A stretch of DNA of 64,000 nt from positions 4,650 through 68,649 of the forward strand of contig JAJQEJ010000055.1 of the NCBI GenBank assembly GCA_021201735.1, read 5' to 3'. The stretch is from Oscillospiraceae bacterium. Lineage in GTDB: Bacteria > Bacillota > Clostridia > Oscillospirales > Oscillospiraceae. Shown in pieces: positions 57,473 to 64,000 of the stretch. The position numbers were made by a program, and so were the translations under genes. The notes beneath the pieces are model-generated. The model did not search any database and was not told the origin of the DNA. It was given only the letters and a program-made list of their open reading frames with translations. How positions within the stretch are numbered: position 1 is the stretch's first letter; every line of letters begins with the position of its first letter.

Positions 57473-57922
57473 ATGCTGGATGACGCGTTGAACAAAGTCT
57501 ATACGAAATTTAAACTGCAGTTTTACCGCACCATCTTCGGCCGCTTCCAGACGCGCGAGGCGAGCCTGACCACGGTGGAGACCTTCTGCATGGAGATCAT
57601 CATGTCGCTGGGGAAGCCTACAGTCAATGAGTTTTCCCGCTATGTCGGCATCTCCGCGCCGAACGCGGCGTACAAAATCAATAGTCTTGTCCAGAAGGGC
57701 TATGTTTTAAAAGAGCAGTCCATCAATGACAAGCGGGAGTATTTTCTCATACCCACACAGAAGTTTTATGACTACTATAATATCAGCTACCGCTATGTCG
57801 TCACTGTGACGCAGCGTATTCGAGAACACTTTCCAAGCGAGGACGTCGCGCAATTGGAGCGCATGCTGAATATCATCTCCTCCGAGCTGATGCCGGAAAT
57901 TGAACAGCCCACCATCAGCTAA
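57473..57922 (+). CDS. MarR-family regulator at the 3' end of the FAS operon (FabT-like by position)
   Basis: 149 aa. Winged helix region PTVNEFSRYVGISAPNAAYKINSLVQKGYVLKEQSINDKREYFL. Confidence 0.7.
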   Translation: MLDDALNKVYTKFKLQFYRTIFGRFQTREASLTTVETFCMEIIMSLGKPTVNEFSRYVGISAPNAAYKINSLVQKGYVLKEQSINDKREYFLIPTQKFYDYYNISYRYVVTVTQRIREHFPSEDVAQLERMLNIISSELMPEIEQPTIS

Positions 57923-57934
57923 CTGGCACAAAAA

Positions 57935-57978
57935 AACACCCTGAACCGGCTTTTGTCAACCGGTTCAGGGTGTTTTTT
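57935..57978. terminator. Bidirectional terminator after the FAS operon
   Basis: A 15-bp stem, AACACCCTGAACCGG / CCGGTTCAGGGTGTT, flanked by an A-run and a T-run. Confidence 0.85.
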
Positions 57979-57998
57979 CGATCACTGCATCAAGCAGT

Positions 57999-58721
57999 TC
58001 ATGCTTCCGTGGTCTCTTCTGTCGCCACTTGTGTGGGCTCCTCTGTGACAACTTCCGTTGTCGTTTCTTCTGTGGTTTCTTCCGTTGTCGCTTCCGTGAT
58101 TACCTCTGTGGTTGCTTCCGTAGTCTCTTCTGTGGCCTCTTCTATGGTCGCCTCTACGGTATCTTCCGTGGCCTCCTCCGCCGCATCCGTTCCGCGCGTA
58201 AAGCCCAGCACGGCAATGGTGTTGACCACGTCCGTGTCCACGTCATAGGAGACAATCACCGTATCGCCCACTTGGAGTGCATCGGTAGTCAGCGCGGTCT
58301 TCTCCCTGTCGGCTGCCTTGACAATCGACGTATCATCGGTAAAGGTCAGGGTCAGCGTCTCTCCCGAGAGTTCCCGCGCACTTGTGCGGCTGCCACCGAA
58401 CCCACCGCGCATGCAGTGACCTGTCGCGGATGTATCATCTGACGCAGATGCGTTCATGTCCATGCCACGACCTGCGGGCATTGTCTTCCCTTCTGTTTGC
58501 ATAATGCGCTCCGCACGCACCGGCTTCTCCTCATCAGTCAGCTGTGGCATACCGCTTTTCCGGCTACCGGTGGAAGCCTCATCCCCCGATTGTTCCTGCG
58601 CCATGTCCTCTTTCGCCGGACGCTGTGCGTTTGACTTCTGGACGCTTGGGGGGGTGCCCTTCCCTGTTCTCTCCGGCCGCGACTTTGTCCTTATATTATG
58701 GCAGCGGTATGTGAACTGCAT
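57999..58721 (-). CDS. Hypothetical protein with T/E-rich acidic C-terminal tail
   Basis: The core GETLTLTFTDDTSIVKAADREKTALTTDALQVGDTVIVSYDVDTDVVNTIAVLG looks like a real beta domain. The tail is EEATEDTVEATIEEATEETTEATTEVITEATTEETTEETTTEVVTEEPTQVATEETTEA. The start codon is unclear and there is no signal peptide. The S/V-rich plus-strand ORF is its mirror image. Confidence 0.35.
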   Translation of the reverse strand: MQFTYRCHNIRTKSRPERTGKGTPPSVQKSNAQRPAKEDMAQEQSGDEASTGSRKSGMPQLTDEEKPVRAERIMQTEGKTMPAGRGMDMNASASDDTSATGHCMRGGFGGSRTSARELSGETLTLTFTDDTSIVKAADREKTALTTDALQVGDTVIVSYDVDTDVVNTIAVLGFTRGTDAAEEATEDTVEATIEEATEETTEATTEVITEATTEETTEETTTEVVTEEPTQVATEETTEA

Positions 58722-58751
58722 GTGAATAATCCATAAAGTTTGCCAATCAGT

Positions 58752-59207
58752 TCATTGCTCGTGGATGAGTCTGTTCAGCTCGTCCATAAACGTGCTGATA
58801 TCCTTAAACTGGCGGTACACCGAGGCAAAGCGCACATAGGCGACCTCATCGACACTGCGCAGGCGCTCCATGACCATTTCGCCGATCACGGTGCTGGGGA
58901 TTTCGGGCTGCATCTGGTTATAGATGGCCTGCTCCACCTCGTCGGCGATATGGTTGAGCGTCTCGAAGGTAACGCGGCGCTTCTCGCAGGCGCGGATCAT
59001 GCCGTTTAGAATCTTGCTGCGGTCAAAGCTCTGGCGGCTGCCGTCCTTTTTGATGACCACAATGGGCATCCGCTCCACCGTTTCATAGGTGGTAAAGCGC
59101 TTTAGGCAGGACAGGCACTGCCGCCGCCGCCGCACCGTGGCGAATTCGTCCGCCGGACGGGAATCGACTACCTTACTCTCGGTATAAGCACAATAGGGAC
59201 ATTTCAT
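58752..59207 (-). CDS. nrdR: Transcriptional repressor NrdR
   Basis: MKCPYCAYTESKVVDSRP....CLSCLKRFTTYE zinc ribbon plus an ATP-cone. Confidence 0.95.
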   Translation of the reverse strand: MKCPYCAYTESKVVDSRPADEFATVRRRRQCLSCLKRFTTYETVERMPIVVIKKDGSRQSFDRSKILNGMIRACEKRRVTFETLNHIADEVEQAIYNQMQPEIPSTVIGEMVMERLRSVDEVAYVRFASVYRQFKDISTFMDELNRLIHEQ

Positions 59208-59267
59208 TTTTCCAACTCCTATCGCCCCAGAGGGGGCGTTTTTTCGCCTACATAATGGGGATGCAAG

Positions 59268-59618
59268 TTATACGCTCAAAAGCGGCGCGCCGGAACGGAG
59301 CAGCTCCGTCAGCGGCGGCCCCCATGGAATGCACTCAATCCCCTGCGCGGTCAGCGCATCCTCCACGCCAAGCTCGTGCGCACAGGTCACGCAGGCGCTC
59401 AGGTGCACCCCCGCGTCCCGCATTGTGCAGAGTCCTGCACGCACCTCCTCATTTTCCGCAGAAAGCTTTGTCGCCCCGCCCCAAATGATGACGGTCACAG
59501 CCTCCCACCACCCCTTTTTCATACTGTTCACGGCGTACATTTTTACCATCTTGTCAAAGGTCACCACCTCCGGGCTTGTCCAGAGAATGTGCACATGACC
59601 TGTTCCTGTCCCGTTCAT
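59268..59618 (-). CDS. DsrE/DsrF-like family protein
   Basis: About 116 aa. VHILWTSPEVV..VIIWGGATKL..GVHLSACVTCAHELGV. Start at the ATG at 59618, overlapping the hisC stop in ATGA. Confidence 0.55.
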   Translation of the reverse strand: MNGTGTGHVHILWTSPEVVTFDKMVKMYAVNSMKKGWWEAVTVIIWGGATKLSAENEEVRAGLCTMRDAGVHLSACVTCAHELGVEDALTAQGIECIPWGPPLTELLRSGAPLLSV

Positions 59619-60691
59619 ACAATCAGCTCCTTTATTGCCGCGCAAAGCGCGTTCATATCTTCATCGGTACCGATGGAGATGCGCAGATAATCTGTAATAC
59701 CCGGCCTGTCCCAGCGGCGCACGAGGATACTCCGCGCCCGCAGGCCGTCAAAGAGCACCTTGCCCGGCACCTTCGGGTGGGCGACAAAGAGGAAATTGGC
59801 CTGCGACGGACAGACGGTAAAGCCCAACGCGCGTAAGCGCGCGGCGACCGATTCCCGCGTGTGCACCACCTGTGCGGTCGTCCTCGCAAAATAGCCCCGG
59901 TCGAGCAGTGCCGCAGTGCCGCCCACAATGGCAAGGCGGTCAAGTGTGTAAGAATTGATAGAATTTTTCACACAGGAGAGGGCGGCAATCAGGCTCTCGT
60001 CCCCCACGGCAAAGCCCACCCTCAGTCCCGCGAGAGAGTAGGATTTCGAGAGGGTACGCACCACCAGCAGATTCTGAAACTCCTCCACCAGCGGCAGCGC
60101 GGACACACCGCCAAACTCCACGTACGCCTCGTCCGCAATCACAACGGCGTCCGGATTTGCCGCAAGCACCGCGCGCAGGTCATCAAGCGGCATCCCCCGT
60201 CCGGTCGGTGCGTTTGGGTTTGCGAGCACAATGCCGCCTGCCGTCCCTGTGCAGTAACCGGCGGTATCGAGTACAAACCCCTCCTCCAGTGGGATTATCT
60301 CAAACGGTATCCCAAAAAAGGCGGTATAGACCTCGTAAAACGAATATGTAATATCGGCAAAGCGGATCGGCGCGCGCGCCGGATCGAAGAACGCCTGAAA
60401 CGCGAAGGCCAGCACCTCATCCGAGCCGTTGCCCGGAAAAACCTGCTCCCGCCGCACGCCATATACGTCGCACACCGCGTCGCGCAGGAGATCGGCCTCC
60501 GGGTCGGGGTAGCGCCGCAGCCCCTCCCCCGCCGCGTCGGCAATCGCCGCAAGCGCTTTTGGGGACGGTGGATAGGGATTTTCGTTGGTGTTGAGCTTAA
60601 TGAGCTTCCCACCCTTTGGCTGCTCGCCTGGTGTGTAGGGGACAATGTCCCGTATGCGCGCGCTCCATAGACGCTTGTCTGGTTGGGTCAT
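59615..60691 (-). CDS. hisC: Histidinol-phosphate aminotransferase
   Basis: IKLNTNENPYPPSP, and VVRTLSKSYSLAGLRVGF (PLP Lys). Confidence 0.9.
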   Translation of the reverse strand: MTQPDKRLWSARIRDIVPYTPGEQPKGGKLIKLNTNENPYPPSPKALAAIADAAGEGLRRYPDPEADLLRDAVCDVYGVRREQVFPGNGSDEVLAFAFQAFFDPARAPIRFADITYSFYEVYTAFFGIPFEIIPLEEGFVLDTAGYCTGTAGGIVLANPNAPTGRGMPLDDLRAVLAANPDAVVIADEAYVEFGGVSALPLVEEFQNLLVVRTLSKSYSLAGLRVGFAVGDESLIAALSCVKNSINSYTLDRLAIVGGTAALLDRGYFARTTAQVVHTRESVAARLRALGFTVCPSQANFLFVAHPKVPGKVLFDGLRARSILVRRWDRPGITDYLRISIGTDEDMNALCAAIKELIV

Positions 60692-60885
60692 TTCGCTTCC
60701 TCCTCACGCAGGATTTTCCGGATACTCTTTTCGGCCTTGGCACGCGGGAGCATGACCTCGTGTCCACAGCCCTCACAGCGCAGGCGGAAATCCATCCCCG
60801 CGCGCAGCACCAGCCATCTCTGCGCGCCGCACGGGTGCTTTTTCTTCATCAGAAGCGTGTCCCCCACGCGTACATCCATCGGCAT
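60688..60885 (-). CDS. DUF951 family small protein
   Basis: MPMDVRVGDTLLMKKKHPCGAQRWLVLRAGMDFRLRCEGCGHEVMLPRAKAEKSIRKI. GGAGGG RBS. The stop overlaps the hisC start. Confidence 0.7.
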   Translation of the reverse strand: MPMDVRVGDTLLMKKKHPCGAQRWLVLRAGMDFRLRCEGCGHEVMLPRAKAEKSIRKILREEEAK

Positions 60886-61018
60886 GCTATCCCTCCGCGC
60901 CTCATTTCCATATATTATAACCAACTTACCGCCCCTTTGTCAATTCAGGCGGCGCAATTGCATATAGTAATTTATCCAAATTTTTCTTAAAGCAAAAGCA
61001 GGGGGAAACCCGAAAGGA

Positions 61019-61966
61019 TTGGTCACAGTGACAAAACACATCGCCCCAGAAGGACGTCTTTTGACAACACCGGAAAATCAGGCCGCCTGCGCCGACCTGC
61101 ACGCCCTGCGCCGCGCCATGGAGCGCGAGGAGATACTGGAGGGCACTGCGCTGCTGTGCGACGCGGCGCGCAACCTACATGTTCAGCTTGGAGATTACAT
61201 GGGCGTGATCCCGCGTGAAGAGACGGCGCGCGGCATCGCGGACGGCAGCACGAAAGAGATTGCCATACTGACCCGCGTGGGTAAGCCGGTGTGCTGCACC
61301 GTACTTGGCATTGAGGAGCACGACGGCACGCCCCTGCTGCGCCTCTCCCGCCGCCGCGCGCAGTCCATCGCCCTCACCCACCTGCGCTCCACGCTCACAA
61401 GCGGTGCGATCCTTCCCGCCACCGTCACCCACCTCGCCTCCTTCGGCGCGTTTGTGGACATCGGCTGCGGCGTCGTCTCCATGATTAGCATTGAAAATCT
61501 CTCTATCTCCCGCATTCCGCACCCCTCCTGCCGCCTGCATATCGGGCAGGAGATTTACGCCGCCGTGCTCGGCATGGACGCGGCGGGTGAGCGCATCTAC
61601 CTCACACACAAGGAGCTGCTCGGCACATGGGCGGAGAACGCCGCGCTCTTTTCGCCGGGCATGACGGTGTCCGCCACGGTACGCGGTGTGAAGGATTATG
61701 GGCTTTTTATGGAGCTCACCCCCAACCTTTCCGGCCTTGCGGAAGTGCGCGAAGGGATTATGGACGGCGACCGCGTGTCGGTCTATATCAAGGCCATTGC
61801 CCCCGACCGGATGAAAATTAAACTGCTCGCCATCGACAAGCTCCCCCCTGCTCCGCCGCAGCCGCCGCACTATTTTCTGCCCCCGGAGGGCCGCTTGACC
61901 CACTGGCGCTATGCCCCTGAACACTGCGCGAAGCAGGGGCAGGAGACCAATTTTAGTTTGATATGA
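61019..61966 (+). CDS. S1 RNA-binding domain protein
   Basis: S1-like OB segments: GAILPATVTHLASFGAFVDIGCGVVSMISI and GMTVSATVRGVKDYGLFMELTPNLSGLAEV. The start is uncertain: TTG at 61019 or GTG at 61028. Confidence 0.65.
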   Translation: MVTVTKHIAPEGRLLTTPENQAACADLHALRRAMEREEILEGTALLCDAARNLHVQLGDYMGVIPREETARGIADGSTKEIAILTRVGKPVCCTVLGIEEHDGTPLLRLSRRRAQSIALTHLRSTLTSGAILPATVTHLASFGAFVDIGCGVVSMISIENLSISRIPHPSCRLHIGQEIYAAVLGMDAAGERIYLTHKELLGTWAENAALFSPGMTVSATVRGVKDYGLFMELTPNLSGLAEVREGIMDGDRVSVYIKAIAPDRMKIKLLAIDKLPPAPPQPPHYFLPPEGRLTHWRYAPEHCAKQGQETNFSLI

Positions 61967-61973
61967 CAAAAAA

Positions 61974-62003
61974 GACTGTTGCGGTACGCTGGCCGCAACA
62001 GTC
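61974..62003. terminator. Bidirectional terminator between convergent genes
   Basis: GACTGTTGCGG tacgctgg CCGCAACAGTC, flanked by AAAAAAA and TTTTTT. Confidence 0.8.
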
Positions 62004-62008
62004 TTTTT

Positions 62009-63994
62009 TCAGCTTCTCAGGTAGCGCTGCAGGGTTTCAATCAACTCCTTAAAGTCCAGTGGTTTACCAAGATGGGCGTTCATCTGGGCATTCAGGCATT
62101 TTTCAATGTCCTCGCGAAAGACGTTGGCCGTCATCGCAATAATCGGTATTTTCCCCGCCGTGCGCTTGCCGGAATTTCGGATGGCCTGTGTTGCCTCGTA
62201 TCCGTCCATCTCCGGCATCTGTACATCCATCAGGATCAGATCATACTTCTCCGGGGCGGCGATATACATCTCTACCGCCTGCTTCCCGTCGACCGCACAG
62301 TCAATCTGCAGCTCCGTCTCTGCGAGCATCGCGATGAGGAGTTCGCGGTTAATGGCCACATCCTCCGCAAGCAGGACACATTTCCCCAGAAAGATGCCTG
62401 CGATGTCAAGCTCCTGCTGAACGACGAATTTCACCTTATTATGGCTAATACATTCATTGATGCAGTCAACAATTGGGGACGGGAGCAGGGGCTTTGCGAT
62501 AAATCGGCTGACCCCCGCCTGTGTTGCCTCCTGTTCCAGATCCGACCACTCCGCCGCCGAGATCATAATCACAACCGTGCCTTCCCCGTACTGCGCGCGG
62601 ATCTTCCGGGTCAGCTCAATCCCGTTCATCTCCGGCATGAACCAATCCACAAAAATAATATTATATTCTTTTTGTGTGATCAGCTCACATGCTTCTTTTC
62701 CGCTCTGTGCTGTATCACAGGGCAGACCCAAAGCATGGATGATATCGGAGACATGCTCCAGCTCCTCCTGCATATCATCTACAACCAGAATATGTATTTT
62801 CTCCCAGTCTACGCTCTCGCTCAGTTGGCTCTGGTACACGCTGACGCCCCGCTCTGTCAAAATAGTGAAGGAGAAGTTTGACCCCACGCCAAGTGTCGTT
62901 TCCACATGAACCTCTCCACCCATCATCTCCACCAGCCGCTTTGAGATGATCAGCCCTAAGCCGGTCCCGCCGTATTTTTGCGTAATACCGGCGTCCGCCT
63001 GCTCGAATGCCTGAAAGAGATTTTTGAGCTTATCTTCCGCAATGCCAATCCCGCTGTCAATCACCTCAAACTGCAGTGTAACGCCCGTCTGATCCTCTGC
63101 AAGCTTGTGGACGCGCAGCTCAATTCTTCCGCCATCCTCGGTGAATTTCACAGCGTTGGAGAGGAAATTTGTCACCACCTGCGCCAGTCTCAGCTGGTCG
63201 GATACAATGGCGTGCGGGACATCCTTATCCACTTTAATAATAAAGTTCTGTTTTTTCTGATCAATCCGGAAGCTGATCACATTGCAGATGCGCTGTAACA
63301 CGCGCTCAAGCGGAAAGTCGGCATAGACAAGCTCCATCTTGCCGGCCTCAATTTTGGACATGTCTAAAATATCGTTGATAATCCCGAGCAGGTGGTTGGA
63401 CGCGTCCTCCACCCGGCTTAAATAGTACGATATCTGCTCCAAATCGGTGCTCTTTCGCGCAAGGCCCGTCATGCCGATAATGGCGTTCATCGGCGTGCGT
63501 ATCTCATGGCTCATTCTCGACAGGAAATCGCTCTTTGCCCGATTGGCAGACGCCTCCAGCTCCCTTGCGTCTCGCAAGTCCTGTTCCAGCTTTTTCCGCG
63601 CGGTGATGTCCACCGCTTCCTGTAAGTGTACTTTTCTGCCGTCTGTCCACTCTATCATGGATTCCCTGTTTTGCAGGTATCGTCCGCTGCGCTGTTCGTA
63701 GTACTCCCACATAATGGGCTCTCCCGGCTGCTGGAACAGCCGCACCAGGGGACAAAACTCGCAGCGCGCGTCCCGACCATGGTAGACCTTCCAGCATGGC
63801 ATTCCGGTCGGGTCGTAGTGGACGCCGTAGGCGTCATTCATATTTTTATTCGCAAACAGCACATGGTCGTTGTCCGGGTCTGTGACAAGCAGGTGAACAT
63901 CCATACCGCTGAGAATTTCAAAAAACTTTTGGTTCATAATCTCCATCTCAGGATTTTCCTTGGCCTCTCTTTCCCGCATAACGCTAACCCCCAT
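62009..63994 (-). CDS. Hybrid sensor histidine kinase (PAS - HisKA - HATPase - two receiver domains)
   Basis: H-box [19 protein letters not shown]-box [16 protein letters not shown], receivers [19 protein letters not shown] and [20 protein letters not shown]. No TM segment. The PAS-like N-terminus carries [16 protein letters not shown]. Confidence 0.85.
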   Translation of the reverse strand: MGVSVMREREAKENPEMEIMNQKFFEILSGMDVHLLVTDPDNDHVLFANKNMNDAYGVHYDPTGMPCWKVYHGRDARCEFCPLVRLFQQPGEPIMWEYYEQRSGRYLQNRESMIEWTDGRKVHLQEAVDITARKKLEQDLRDARELEASANRAKSDFLSRMSHEIRTPMNAIIGMTGLARKSTDLEQISYYLSRVEDASNHLLGIINDILDMSKIEAGKMELVYADFPLERVLQRICNVISFRIDQKKQNFIIKVDKDVPHAIVSDQLRLAQVVTNFLSNAVKFTEDGGRIELRVHKLAEDQTGVTLQFEVIDSGIGIAEDKLKNLFQAFEQADAGITQKYGGTGLGLIISKRLVEMMGGEVHVETTLGVGSNFSFTILTERGVSVYQSQLSESVDWEKIHILVVDDMQEELEHVSDIIHALGLPCDTAQSGKEACELITQKEYNIIFVDWFMPEMNGIELTRKIRAQYGEGTVVIMISAAEWSDLEQEATQAGVSRFIAKPLLPSPIVDCINECISHNKVKFVVQQELDIAGIFLGKCVLLAEDVAINRELLIAMLAETELQIDCAVDGKQAVEMYIAAPEKYDLILMDVQMPEMDGYEATQAIRNSGKRTAGKIPIIAMTANVFREDIEKCLNAQMNAHLGKPLDFKELIETLQRYLRS

Positions 63995-64000
63995 ATATCA

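Overview
A high-GC chromosomal segment that looks like a spore-forming Firmicutes/Clostridia genome. That placement is an inference from gene content: SLH-anchored surface proteins, FabK-type FAS, LL-DAP aminotransferase and a Tgl spore transglutaminase. All protein calls rest on motifs I recognise by eye, because no searches could be run. Housekeeping blocks, left to right: a nitrogen/DAP cluster on the minus strand (gltB partial, dapL, dapF, ANTAR regulator, glnA, purF); ftsH, pcrA, mpg, hslO and purA; a complete type II fatty-acid synthesis operon (acpP-accBCDA-fabHKDGFZ plus a MarR regulator); then nrdR, hisC and a hybrid histidine kinase. Two tRNAs are present, Gln-CUG and Ala-CGC. The accessory content is dominated by very large beta-helix / Flg_new-repeat surface proteins that use four different attachment modules. 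The most interesting locus is 8.36-16.14 kb. It holds a 3,068-bp tandem pair of signal-peptide-less beta-helix proteins ending in CC[IV]PC cysteine-rich tails, followed by a BclA-like collagen-repeat protein. Each of the three genes is preceded by a GAAC-N17-CATAnnnTA motif of the mother-cell sigma-K type. With tgl and three unlisted small ORFs at 43.5-45.8 kb, this suggests a previously uncharacterised spore-surface display system. Also notable are a frameshift-split LPXTG adhesin, a terminator/ANTAR leader on glnA, and an ECF-S/DUF1893 fusion.
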